A DNA stretch of 32,000 nt from NCBI RefSeq assembly GCF_000012285.1, contig NC_007181.1, forward strand, positions 1,410,001-1,442,000, read 5' to 3'. Shown here in pieces: positions 10,769-20,324 of the stretch. Each line of letters opens with the position of its first letter. The first letter of the stretch is position 1. Source of the DNA: Sulfolobus acidocaldarius DSM 639. GTDB taxonomy: Archaea > Thermoproteota > Thermoprotei_A > Sulfolobales > Sulfolobaceae. Below the pieces are notes generated by a model. The model saw only the letters and a program-made list of their open reading frames with translations. It was not told where the DNA came from and did not search any database. Position numbers and translations under genes: made by a program.

Positions 10769-12247
10769 GTGTTTAGAACACTAAGTGTCATTATCAAGTT
10801 ATTACCAAGAGTTATAAAGATAAGAAATTATAGAAATGCAATTCTAAATAATGAGCAAGTGGACGAGAAAGAAATGGAGAAAGAGGCTGAAAAATTTGTG
10901 GACACACTGATATCTCTTGGTCCCATTTTCATAAAGTTTGGTCAATTATTGTCAGTTCACTCAGACATTTTACCACAACCTTATCTCAAGGCTCTCAGCA
11001 GACTTCAAGACGACGTGGACCCTCCATCATGGGAGGAAATTAAGAAAATTCTTGAGGAAGATTTAGGCAATAAACTGAATGAATATGAGATAGACCCAAC
11101 ACCTATATCCTCTGCAAGTATAGGTGTAGTCTACATAGCTAAGAGGAAAAAGGACGGAAAGTTAGTTGTGATAAAAGTAAATAGACCTAACATAAAGGAG
11201 ATGGCTGATCAAGACATAAGCGTTCTGAAATCATTAGCACCACTTACGAAATATGTATTTGACGAGTCTTTCTATGAAAGTTTCAAAGTTCTTGTCGATA
11301 ATTTCGGAAAGAAAATATATGAGGAGATGGAATTCACGATCGAGGAGTTTCACATGAAAAAGATAAGAGAGGAGATGTCTGACTATCCCTGGATTAGAAT
11401 TCCAGAACCCTACTTAGCTACAAAGAGGGTGTTGATTATGGAGTACGTTAAGGGATATAAGGTGACTTCTGAAGAGGCTAAGAGAATTATGAGGGCGCCT
11501 GATTTGTCATATATGGTTTTCAGGACTTTTATGGTAATGCTCTTGACAAAGGAGTATTTTCACGCTGATCCTCATCCGGGAAATATAGCATTAGACGAAA
11601 AAGGTAATCTAATTCTATATGATTTTGGAATAGTTGGTAGGATGGACAGAGATACGAGACTTAGATTATTGAGGGCTTACGGAGCTTTACTTAGATTTGA
11701 TAGTATAGGGCTCGTGAAGGTTTTAGAGGAATTAGGGGCAATACAGCCAGAGGCTGATAGGGAAATACTAGCCAAAGGGATAGGGCTATTTTTGGAACAA
11801 TTTCAAGGTATAACACCTGAGACTCTGGAAGTTGAACAATTCCTTGAGGCTACAAATGAGGTATTCTATAGGTTTCCACTAAAGATACCTGATAAACTGG
11901 CAATCTACATTAGGATGACCTCTATTTTAGGCGGAACATGTACAAGAATTGATCCTGAGTTTAATTTCTTTCTGAACTTACAGAAGCTTGTTGAAGAGGA
12001 GGGATTACTATTTGAGGCTATGATTAATGACATGAGGAGTACTATAAGCTCAGCCATTCAGAAGTTTAGGTTATCCTTGCTGGAGAAACCTATACCGTTA
12101 AATAAAAAGAGTACAAGTGAAAAAATATCTAGATACTTGTCGTTCTCCTTCATAGTCATAGCCCTTTTGACATATCTCTATGACAGAAACTCAATTCTTC
12201 CTCTTCTCATAGCCATAATTGCGCTTGTAATAATCATGAATAAGTAA
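10769..12247 (+). CDS. ABC1/UbiB (AarF) atypical kinase family protein with C-terminal TM helices
   Basis: GPIFIKFGQLLSVHSDILPQPYLKALSRLQDDVDP is the canonical ABC1 signature. FHADPHPGNI and YDFGIVG form the catalytic-loop and DFG-like motifs. The C-terminus is hydrophobic and the start codon is GTG. Confidence 0.85.
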   Translation: MFRTLSVIIKLLPRVIKIRNYRNAILNNEQVDEKEMEKEAEKFVDTLISLGPIFIKFGQLLSVHSDILPQPYLKALSRLQDDVDPPSWEEIKKILEEDLGNKLNEYEIDPTPISSASIGVVYIAKRKKDGKLVVIKVNRPNIKEMADQDISVLKSLAPLTKYVFDESFYESFKVLVDNFGKKIYEEMEFTIEEFHMKKIREEMSDYPWIRIPEPYLATKRVLIMEYVKGYKVTSEEAKRIMRAPDLSYMVFRTFMVMLLTKEYFHADPHPGNIALDEKGNLILYDFGIVGRMDRDTRLRLLRAYGALLRFDSIGLVKVLEELGAIQPEADREILAKGIGLFLEQFQGITPETLEVEQFLEATNEVFYRFPLKIPDKLAIYIRMTSILGGTCTRIDPEFNFFLNLQKLVEEEGLLFEAMINDMRSTISSAIQKFRLSLLEKPIPLNKKSTSEKISRYLSFSFIVIALLTYLYDRNSILPLLIAIIALVIIMNK

Positions 12248-12277
12248 TAAAATTGGATTATTATTATTTTTTCTACA

Positions 12278-12658
12278 TTATTCGATCTTAATTGCTGATA
12301 CGCCCGCTATAGGTATCCTTATTGTGAGAACTCCATTCTCGTACTTACCTGCGACTTCCGCGTCCTTAGCTACATTAATGGGTAGTTTTATTGTCCTCCT
12401 TATGTATTTTGGTCTCTGCGTTAGATACTTTATACCAGGTTCACTTATCTCCCTTTCTGCCTCTATTATCAGCTCATTCTGTCCAGATATTCTAGCTTTA
12501 ATCTTGTCTTTATTGAAACCAGCTAAGTCAGCTACAACTATCAGATATCCCCCTTCCTCGTACATATCTACAGGAGGATATACTAACTCATAGAATCCTC
12601 TATTTAGCTGTTCTATTCTTCTTCCCAACTCTTTTTCAATTACATATGTGAAGCTCAT
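12278..12658 (-). CDS. small heat-shock protein (Hsp20/alpha-crystallin family)
   Basis: 126 aa. The alpha-crystallin domain includes VVADLAGFNKDKIKARISGQNELIIEAE and AKYENGVLTIRIP. As I recall it, this closely resembles the Sulfolobus Hsp14-type sHsp. Confidence 0.9.
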   Translation of the reverse strand: MSFTYVIEKELGRRIEQLNRGFYELVYPPVDMYEEGGYLIVVADLAGFNKDKIKARISGQNELIIEAEREISEPGIKYLTQRPKYIRRTIKLPINVAKDAEVAGKYENGVLTIRIPIAGVSAIKIE

Positions 12659-12782
12659 CTTCTACCCCTCCTTCTCCTTAATAGTGCTACTAAAAGTCTA
12701 TAAAGCATGTACCACCTAATTAGTCGTCTCATAAGTATTAATACTATTACTAGTTTTTATACCTTGTTTCTAAATATTTAAT

Positions 12783-13643
12783 GTGTTAGGGAAAATTATT
12801 TTACAAAACCTTGAGAAATACGATTTTCCCTATAACATAGATAAAAAAATATGTTCTGGCTGGGCTAGTGATCTACCTAAGGGCGGGGAAACTATCCTGT
12901 TTACCTCATGTATGCACCAGACAGCTAGCTTAAGTGATACATTTTCAAGAACCATACCTTTAGCTGAAAAAGTGCCCTCACTATCTGTTTTTGCAAAACT
13001 TATCAAACCAAATAAGGAGCAGTTAGAAAGGTCATATAAAGTTCTCAGGAATATAGTAAGTCTACTGAAGAAGAATGGAGTGAATTTTGGATATCTTTAT
13101 GAAGAGGAACCTTATAGCGGGGCAATCCTTTTAGAGTTAGGGTACCTCAACGAGTTTGGTATCCATGCGGAGAGGGTAACTAAATTCCTCAAAGAGAAAG
13201 GAGTGAAGAGGATAATAACTGTAGATCCCCATACCCATAATGCACTAAATAGGTATAGCGAGTTCACTAAGTTCGATATTGAGGTTGTAAATTACTTAGA
13301 GCTTATTAAGGATGCCAAGATAAAAACGGATGTCAGTTTTGTGATTCATGACTCGTGCTTATACTCCAGGTTTCTAGGTTTACGAGACGTCTACAGGCAA
13401 ATTCTAACCAATGCTGGAGGAAAGATTGTGGAAGATTTAATGGTAACCAGTAAAGAGGTCTCCTATTGCTGTGGGAGTCCAATAAAACCAGTAAACCATG
13501 AATTAGGGGAGAAAGTTGCCAAGTCAAGAGTGGAGCAATTGAAGAAATTAAGTGACAACATACTTGTAGTATGTCCTATGTGTTACGCTAATTTATCGAA
13601 ATATCACAATAAAATATATGATTTAGCTGAGGTGGTGGAGTGA
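12783..13643 (+). CDS. cysteine-rich (CCG-domain) Fe-S oxidoreductase subunit, LutA/GlcF/HdrD-like
   Basis: Cysteine motifs are TSCMHQ, DSCLYSR, YCCGSP and VCPMCYANL. It is coupled to the next gene by overlapping stop and start codons. The start codon is GTG. Confidence 0.7.
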   Translation: MLGKIILQNLEKYDFPYNIDKKICSGWASDLPKGGETILFTSCMHQTASLSDTFSRTIPLAEKVPSLSVFAKLIKPNKEQLERSYKVLRNIVSLLKKNGVNFGYLYEEEPYSGAILLELGYLNEFGIHAERVTKFLKEKGVKRIITVDPHTHNALNRYSEFTKFDIEVVNYLELIKDAKIKTDVSFVIHDSCLYSRFLGLRDVYRQILTNAGGKIVEDLMVTSKEVSYCCGSPIKPVNHELGEKVAKSRVEQLKKLSDNILVVCPMCYANLSKYHNKIYDLAEVVE

Positions 13644-14809
13644 TGAGTGAATGGGAAATAGCAGTGAATAGGGCAATAAACAATAATGTTCCTAAAGTCT
13701 TCCAGATTCTAAACAAATATCCTTACATATTGGAGCTCGCAAAGAAATTAAGGGAGGCTAAACTTCAGGTTCTGTCTAACCCTGAAAAATACATTGAGGA
13801 GACAATAAATTCAGTAAAGAGGATAGGTGGAAATGCGTATTTTGTAAGGGACGCAAATGAGGCTAGAGAAGTGATTTCTAAGATAGTTGGCTCTGGCAAA
13901 AAGGTGGTAATGGGTAAGTCAATGGTCGCTTATGAGATAGGGTTAAGGAAACATCTTCAATCAATAGGTAACGAAGTGTGGGAGACAGACCTAGGTGAGT
14001 TTCTAATTCAACTTGCTGATGAGCCACCCTCTCATATACTTGCTCCAGCAGTCCACATGACAAAGGAGAGAATTGCTAAACTAATAAGGGAAAAGCTACA
14101 TGTAGATGTGGACGTGAATTCCTCCCATGAAGAATTAGTTGCCAAAGTTAGGGAGTTCCTAAGGGAGAAATTTGTAAAGGCTGATGTGGGGATAACTGGA
14201 GCCAATGCTGTAGCCGCTGACACAGGTTCGGTTATATTGGTGGAGAATGAGGGAAATATAAGAATGAGTAGTGTTCTACCAACTGTTCACATAGCTGTGG
14301 CAGGAGTAGAGAAGATAGTTCCTACATTCTATGATGCGCTCACTGAAGCTACAGTTCAGGCAGCTTTTGCAGGTCTGTATCCTCCGACCTATATCAATGT
14401 GTCCTCTGGTCCAAGTTCTACAGGGGATATAGAGATGAAGAGAGTTAGTCCAGCCCATGGTCCAAAAGAATTCCATTTAGTTATTGTAGATAATGGCAGG
14501 ATCCAAATCTCTAAGGACGAGATTTTGAAGGAGACTCTTTTGTGTATCAGGTGTGGTCGCTGTCATATGCATTGCCCCGTATATAGGGTGGAAGGAGTTG
14601 ACTGGGGAGATCCACCATACACTGGACCAATGGGTGCAATGTGGTCTTATGCAGTTTATAGGGATACTAAACCAGCTATGTATTGCATGCATTCAGGTAA
14701 TTGTAAGGAAGTGTGCCCAATGAAAATTAACATTCCTAGAGTTCTAGAGAGGATAAAAGCAATAGGAAACGGAAGTGTTAGAGATGGTGACGGATATAGA
14801 AAGAAATAA
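13640..14809 (+). CDS. LutB-like LUD-domain iron-sulfur protein
   Basis: The LUD/DUF162 core is [44 protein letters not shown]. Two ferredoxin-type clusters are present: [12 protein letters not shown] and [27 protein letters not shown]-like run lies upstream. The start is GTG 13640 or ATG 13643. Confidence 0.75.
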   Translation: MMSEWEIAVNRAINNNVPKVFQILNKYPYILELAKKLREAKLQVLSNPEKYIEETINSVKRIGGNAYFVRDANEAREVISKIVGSGKKVVMGKSMVAYEIGLRKHLQSIGNEVWETDLGEFLIQLADEPPSHILAPAVHMTKERIAKLIREKLHVDVDVNSSHEELVAKVREFLREKFVKADVGITGANAVAADTGSVILVENEGNIRMSSVLPTVHIAVAGVEKIVPTFYDALTEATVQAAFAGLYPPTYINVSSGPSSTGDIEMKRVSPAHGPKEFHLVIVDNGRIQISKDEILKETLLCIRCGRCHMHCPVYRVEGVDWGDPPYTGPMGAMWSYAVYRDTKPAMYCMHSGNCKEVCPMKINIPRVLERIKAIGNGSVRDGDGYRKK

Positions 14810-14855
14810 GAAATATTATACTACCTTTAATCAAAAAATAGGCAGAAAAAACTTA

Positions 14856-16610
14856 TTATTTTCTCCTTAAGAGCAGGGCAACTACTCCTATCACTATGAT
14901 TATCACTATGACCGCTAATACAATATAGAATGTATTATTAGATGACTGAGAAGAGCTTTGAGGTGGTGTTGTGCTACTAGATCCAGAGTTAAGTGGAACT
15001 CCTGTACCGCTAGGTGTAGATTGAGTGCTGGAACTACTCGAATTAGTTTGAGAAGTACTTGAAGAGGAGGTTTGTGTATTAGACTGAGTTGTCGTCCCTG
15101 TTGAAGTCTGTTGAGGCTGACCATAAACCACATAGTAAGTTGTTGCAGGATCATCAAATACTACAACACTGCCGTTGACTATGAAGTAATTCTCTGAATT
15201 TAGTTCTATCCAACTTCCATTAACTTCCTTATATACAGCCACATTGCCTTGTCCACTTACACTAACGTTAAAGATTATGTATCCTGTCTTGTTCTGAATG
15301 TCTACCCTTTCAGCAGAATACTGAGATCCATTAATGTTCACATAAGTCTGTTGTACTGTTTTATTTACTACAGGTTTGACGCCTAAAGTTGAGTTAGCTG
15401 ATGTTAATACTATAACTTTTTCCGTGTTATTTATAGACAGGGAAGCCAAAATTCCCTCAAGCTGTTGATTTAGTACAACCTTGTGTGACAAATGTACGTC
15501 TGCAGTCGAAGAAACTTGACCACTTGCATTTGCGACTACAACTACTGTGTTATTTCCAATTTCAGTCTCGCCCACATACTGGGGGTGTTGAAGTGAATTA
15601 ACTCCTTTCACTGTAACTATCTTTAATTCTGTCATGTAGAGATTCAGGCTGTGTCTAGACACACCTAAGGACGAATACGCAGTACCATTTATACTGGCTA
15701 AGTGTACATAACCTATTACTGTTCCATTGACACCATAAAACTCTATGGTCTCGAAGTTAGTGTTTGCGTTAATAACCGAAGATAGTTCCACATTTAACAA
15801 GTTAATTCCAAATTTGATATTACCTAATCCCTCTCCTTTCCACACTAATGCAGGTACATATGTTCCATTGAAGTAGGCAATTGTTGCATTAACGCTATTA
15901 CTCTTTGCAGTCACAGAGGTATTTTCATTATAGCTCATGTTAAACTGAACAGGGGCATATCTTCTAGGTAAGTTGAATTGAACAGTTATTTTTCCCTGGC
16001 TCTCCTGTTGGATTGATGTGCTAATTAGTTCTCTCAAAACTACACTCACATGTTCTGTAACAGTTTCATTTGCCTTCACATTAAAGGTTAGTTGTGATAT
16101 TGATGTACCGTTGGCGAACTGTAATATCACGTTTCCAGAGCCATTTATGTATGCATGTGTATCAATAGTAGCGGTACCATTAGTTATTCCTGACCACACC
16201 AGTTGAGAATGAGATGAAGAGTTTACTATAACTCTGATGAGGTAAGGTATCTGACTATTTATGATAAGTTCCATGTCTGGTTTTGCTGTAATGCTTATGT
16301 TACCTGAATACGTTTTGTAAGTATCTGAAAACTCTAATAAATAAGAGGTTTCATTGTAAGTGATCCTTGTTGCGCCGTTAGTTTGGTTACTTAAAGTTGT
16401 GTTATATAGGGCTGAGGTTGCTATTAGAGATGTAAAAGTTGCGTTAGTGAGTAAACCTGTGTAGTTGGTGTTTATGTAAATACTTCCATATCTCTGATAC
16501 ATTATATTTAATGTTGTGTTATTGCTGGAAGGTGTTGCGTCTACACTCAGGGCTATTATACCCGCCAATGAAAAAAACAGAAGGGTTAGATATATTATGG
16601 CATTTTTCAT
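14856..16610 (-). CDS. secreted, C-terminally anchored surface glycoprotein, function unknown
   Basis: It has an N-terminal signal peptide (MKNAIIYLTLLFFSLAGIIALSVDA) and a beta-rich body with many N-x-S/T sequons. A roughly 70-aa Ser/Thr/Gln-rich stalk precedes a C-terminal TM helix ending in RRK. Confidence 0.7.
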   Translation of the reverse strand: MKNAIIYLTLLFFSLAGIIALSVDATPSSNNTTLNIMYQRYGSIYINTNYTGLLTNATFTSLIATSALYNTTLSNQTNGATRITYNETSYLLEFSDTYKTYSGNISITAKPDMELIINSQIPYLIRVIVNSSSHSQLVWSGITNGTATIDTHAYINGSGNVILQFANGTSISQLTFNVKANETVTEHVSVVLRELISTSIQQESQGKITVQFNLPRRYAPVQFNMSYNENTSVTAKSNSVNATIAYFNGTYVPALVWKGEGLGNIKFGINLLNVELSSVINANTNFETIEFYGVNGTVIGYVHLASINGTAYSSLGVSRHSLNLYMTELKIVTVKGVNSLQHPQYVGETEIGNNTVVVVANASGQVSSTADVHLSHKVVLNQQLEGILASLSINNTEKVIVLTSANSTLGVKPVVNKTVQQTYVNINGSQYSAERVDIQNKTGYIIFNVSVSGQGNVAVYKEVNGSWIELNSENYFIVNGSVVVFDDPATTYYVVYGQPQQTSTGTTTQSNTQTSSSSTSQTNSSSSSTQSTPSGTGVPLNSGSSSTTPPQSSSQSSNNTFYIVLAVIVIIIVIGVVALLLRRK

Positions 16611-16883
16611 GAGGTGCTCGTAAGGGCTCTACATGAAAATTACTTTTAAGCTTTTTCGATATAGTAATTTCATATATATTTAAATAGATTTAATTCTATT
16701 TAAAAGACTGAGTTTAAAAATCGAAATATCATCCTTTGTTCTAAAAGTCTTTCCGAAGAATATTTAATATTTTCATATATGTTAAAATTTATAATGATTG
16801 AATTCATGACTATGATAGGATTTAAGTCATTATATGAAATAGATTTAAATTAGTCTTGAGAAAATGTTCATTACCGAACGAGA

Positions 16884-18551
16884 ATGGAGAAAAAGTGGAT
16901 TGCTTTAACAAATACTAGTATAGGAATCTTCTTAGCCTTTGCAAACTATAATATGATAATATTAGCTCTACCAACCATATTCTCTTCCTTAAACTTTAAT
17001 CCGACATCACCAGGGGCGTTGGACTACCTCCTTTGGGTGATATTAGGTTACATGATTGTTACTTCATCATTGGTAGTTACAATGGGTAGGATCTCAGATA
17101 TGAAGGGTAGAGCAAGACTATACATGATTGGATTTCTAATATTTTCCATTTCCTCGGGTCTCTTGGCAAGTGTTGTAAGTCCTGGCGCGGAGGGCATAAT
17201 GGAGATCATCTTGTTGAGAATTGTTCAGGGGATAGGTGGCGGTTTCCTCATGGTGAACAGTGCTGCGGTATTAACTGATTATTTTCCGAAGAGTGAACTA
17301 GGAAAAGCTTTAGGATTAAATCAGGTCTCAGGACTAGTCGGTAATGTAGTGGGTCTAATATTGGGAGGAATTCTAGCTACAGTGAACTGGCGCTATATTT
17401 TCATCTTCGATCTAGTAGTTGGTATAGCTGGTACATTATGGAGTTATAGGTCACTAAAGGATGCGCAAAAGCCCATCTCACAATCTTTAGATGTTATAGG
17501 TACCACGTTGTTTGGAGTTGGTATAACTGTTCTCTTAGTCTCGGTAACCTACGGTATAACGCCTTATGGCAACCAAGAATTAGGCTGGGGAAATCCTTTT
17601 GTAATTGCAGGAATAGTTTCATCCCTTGTTCTAATTGGAGTCTTTCTGTTTATCGAGAGTAGGATTAAGAATCCAATGTTTGATTTGTCACTATTTAAAA
17701 TAAGGGACTTTTCGATAGGTAATTTCACCAATTTTGTAGTGTCCCTTACTAGACAAGGTATACTGTTAGTGCTCCTAGTCCTATTACAAGGCATTTGGCT
17801 TCCTCTACATGGTGTAGCATATGCCGATACTCCTTTTTGGGCGGGGATATATCTTATTCCAAACGTACTAGGTTTCGCTGTGTTTGGTCCAATAAGTGGA
17901 ATATTATCGGATAAATATGGTTCTAAGCTTTTCACCAGTCTAGGTCTGTTTCTTAGTGCTATAGGTTTCTTCTTGTTATCAGAATTACCTTATAACTTTG
18001 ACCCATGGGAATTCTTTGTAATAACCTTTATTATGGGTGCAGGGATGGGTCTTTTCTCCTCACCTAATATGGCAGATATCATGGCTTCAGCTCCTGTGGA
18101 AAAGAGAGGTATAGCATCTGGTATGAGGGCTTCATTACAAAATACTGGGTCAGCGCTAAGTGTAGGTGTATACTTTAGTGTGATAATTACAGGAATGGCA
18201 GGAAGCTTAGACAACTCTTTATCATCTGCTCTTCTTGCCCATGGTATCAATCTGAGTATAAATATACCAGCATCTGTCGCAATATTCTCTGCCCTACTGG
18301 GTTACGACCCATTGGCGTCAGTTACCTCGAATTTATCTCCCTCATTAGCTCATGTAATAGACAGTCCACAATTCTTCGTCTCTGCGATAGCTCCTTCCTT
18401 TATGTCAGCTTTTAGGTTAATGCTATATATTTCCACTGCATTATTAATATTGTCAGGAATATTGTCACTTATAAGAAAGGGTGTAAGAGTTGGAACAGTG
18501 GGAAGTAATATTAAGAGGACACAAGAAACTGAGGAAGTTACTTCAGAATGA
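16884..18551 (+). CDS. MFS transporter, DHA2 (EmrB/QacA-like, about 14 TM) drug:H+ antiporter type
   Basis: 555 aa. The MFS motif A is GRISDMKGRARLYMIG. Multiple hydrophobic segments are arranged consistently with 14 TM helices. Confidence 0.85.
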   Translation: MEKKWIALTNTSIGIFLAFANYNMIILALPTIFSSLNFNPTSPGALDYLLWVILGYMIVTSSLVVTMGRISDMKGRARLYMIGFLIFSISSGLLASVVSPGAEGIMEIILLRIVQGIGGGFLMVNSAAVLTDYFPKSELGKALGLNQVSGLVGNVVGLILGGILATVNWRYIFIFDLVVGIAGTLWSYRSLKDAQKPISQSLDVIGTTLFGVGITVLLVSVTYGITPYGNQELGWGNPFVIAGIVSSLVLIGVFLFIESRIKNPMFDLSLFKIRDFSIGNFTNFVVSLTRQGILLVLLVLLQGIWLPLHGVAYADTPFWAGIYLIPNVLGFAVFGPISGILSDKYGSKLFTSLGLFLSAIGFFLLSELPYNFDPWEFFVITFIMGAGMGLFSSPNMADIMASAPVEKRGIASGMRASLQNTGSALSVGVYFSVIITGMAGSLDNSLSSALLAHGINLSINIPASVAIFSALLGYDPLASVTSNLSPSLAHVIDSPQFFVSAIAPSFMSAFRLMLYISTALLILSGILSLIRKGVRVGTVGSNIKRTQETEEVTSE

Positions 18552-18912
18552 AGCAGAGAAGCTAGGTTTAACTTATACTGATGTTCAAGTACTATATTCT
18601 CTAAGCTCTGGTGAGAAGAATGTTTCTACGTTAGCTAAACTAGTGGATGTCAACAAGTCCACTATGGTTGAGGTTTTAGACAAATTAGAGAAGATGGGTT
18701 ACATAAAAAAGAGTAAGAATGAACAAGATAAGAGAGTGGTCATAATTAAAGTTACAGAGGAAGGGCTGAACATCTTAACTCAAGTGAGGACAAGGTATAA
18801 GGATCTCATTTTAACATTACTAGACAAGGTAGAAAATAAGGAATGTGTATTAGCATTCTTTAATGCGATAATTGATCAAGCAGAAAAGCAAAGCCTCTCT
18901 ACTCTTGCTTAA
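18490..18912 (+). CDS. MarR-family winged-helix transcriptional regulator
   Basis: LTYTDVQVLYSLSSGEKNVSTLAKLVDVNKSTMVEVLDKLEKMGYIKKSKNEQDKRVVIIKVTEEG is the MarR wHTH and wing. The only in-frame start is TTG 18490, so the gene overlaps the MFS gene by 62 nt. Confidence 0.85.
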   Translation: MEQWEVILRGHKKLRKLLQNEAEKLGLTYTDVQVLYSLSSGEKNVSTLAKLVDVNKSTMVEVLDKLEKMGYIKKSKNEQDKRVVIIKVTEEGLNILTQVRTRYKDLILTLLDKVENKECVLAFFNAIIDQAEKQSLSTLA

Positions 18913-18939
18913 TTGTACTCTAAATTTTATGATAATCCA

Positions 18940-18992
18940 TTTTAGTCAACATTTATAGTTATATAGGTCTAAGTCTTTTAGTCAACATTTAT
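18940..18992. promoter_or_regulatory. two perfect direct copies of a 17-mer, TTTTAGTCAACATTTAT (18940-18956 and 18976-18992), candidate operator
   Basis: The 17/17 identity was read directly from the sequence. The copies start 36 nt apart, between marR and the next membrane-protein gene. A partial third copy, TTTTAGTA, lies at 19041. Confidence 0.4.
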
Positions 18993-19165
18993 TACTTCTC
19001 ATAGTATAATTGGAGTTTATTTATTTAAGTTATGAGTCTATTTTAGTATAGTTAATATGGGTTTGCTTGTAGTATCCTATACCCAACTCTAAAGTAAATT
19101 TTTAAATCATTTGGACTAAATATAATATAGAGAGAGTGAAATGACCAAGGTTGAGGTGATTAAAA

Positions 19166-20254
19166 TTGAGATCAGTGAGCCATGCGGTCGTAAGCTGGAC
19201 TCTCTGGAGTCTAGCGCTATATCTCACACTTCCCTATCTTTCTTCTGCCATCGAACACTCAATTAATAATCCACTTTTTGTGGGTCCCTTTTACATAATC
19301 TCCTCAGGTATTGGTAGTCTAAGTTTATTAGCTCTTGAACGTCACGTGAAACTGCTATCAACTATAGGGTTAGCACTTTCAGGCATAGGACTGTTAATGA
19401 TAGGAGTAGATGCTAATCAGCTCCTGACCATAATTGGCTTTATCTTTTACAACCTATATTGGCTTTCAGTTCCAATTTTCTACTATTTGCTGTCTGAAGA
19501 GGAGGGCTCTCTAACTAAGGCATGGTCTATATCGATGGTCCCTGCAATAATAATGCCAGTAATCGCTGGGATATTGATAAGATGGGGAGAAATAATTATA
19601 TTTATACTAGGAGGTTTGCTTCAGTTAACCTCTTCAATAATATTAATCTTAGTTAAACATCGAATTGATGAGGACCATATGGTTGGTTATGACGTTGGGA
19701 TTCCTAAAAATGTAATCTTTGTAGTCCTTCCGCTCTCTATAGTAATGCCGTTTCTCTACTTAGATGTGAGAGAGTCTTTGATATGGGTGATTTACTCCTC
19801 GGGGCAAATCCTAGGTATTTTAATGTCGTGGTTTTTGTGGAAGTCTAAAAACGCCATAATGTTATCTTTGATAATATTCTCAGGGATAATATTCTCAGTA
19901 TTTTCACCTATAGGTATATTGTTTTACGGATCATCAGAAGCCTTAGTTGCATTGGGAATAGAGAAGTCGAGACCAAGTCTAATGAAGCATGCGATAAAAG
20001 TTGCTCTCACAGAAGCCTTGGTTTGGACTGTTGGATATGCAGTAGGTTCATTACTATACTACATATCAGGTTTCCTTCCATTTATCTACTCTTCTCTGGT
20101 ATCGTTGATATTAGCGATGATAATTGGCTTATTCAGTTCATTGACCTTTAACAGTGTAATTAGCAAAAATCCGTTAAAGAATACAATTCCCTTCAAAATT
20201 GTAAGATATCTAACATTACGTGAGGGAATATTTCCATATTTTAAAATCTCGTAG
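19166..20254 (+). CDS. multi-pass membrane protein (about 10 TM, possibly transporter-like), function unknown
   Basis: 362 aa and hydrophobic throughout. A perfect GAGGTGA SD (19153-19159) lies 6 nt upstream of the TTG start. Confidence 0.6.
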   Translation: MRSVSHAVVSWTLWSLALYLTLPYLSSAIEHSINNPLFVGPFYIISSGIGSLSLLALERHVKLLSTIGLALSGIGLLMIGVDANQLLTIIGFIFYNLYWLSVPIFYYLLSEEEGSLTKAWSISMVPAIIMPVIAGILIRWGEIIIFILGGLLQLTSSIILILVKHRIDEDHMVGYDVGIPKNVIFVVLPLSIVMPFLYLDVRESLIWVIYSSGQILGILMSWFLWKSKNAIMLSLIIFSGIIFSVFSPIGILFYGSSEALVALGIEKSRPSLMKHAIKVALTEALVWTVGYAVGSLLYYISGFLPFIYSSLVSLILAMIIGLFSSLTFNSVISKNPLKNTIPFKIVRYLTLREGIFPYFKIS

Positions 20255-20324
20255 TTTTTAAAATTCAGGACTTTCTGTATAAGGTAAAAAGCCTTTTTTC
20301 TCTTTCCAACTAATCTTATAATTT

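Noticed and set aside
14920-15130. Ser/Thr-rich low-complexity DNA considered as a tandem repeat
   Set aside because: It is the in-frame stalk region of the surface glycoprotein. It shows compositional bias but no exact nucleotide-level periodic repeat.
16682-16848. An 8-6-8 inverted repeat, TAAATAGA-TTTAAT-TCTATTTA (16681-16702), and a second AAATAGATTTAA 12-mer at 16837-16848, considered as MarR operators in the MFS promoter region
   Set aside because: In DNA this AT-rich, my rough estimate is that an 8-bp inverted repeat or a repeated 12-mer within 273 nt is expected by chance at appreciable frequency. It is worth including in an EMSA probe but is not evidence by itself.
19141-19266. A 41-codon ATG ORF (MTKVEVIKIEISEPCGRK...) overlapping the start of the 19166 membrane-protein gene
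   Set aside because: It is out of frame with, and overlaps, a gene whose TTG start has a perfect GAGGTGA SD at the correct spacing. There is no independent support for it.
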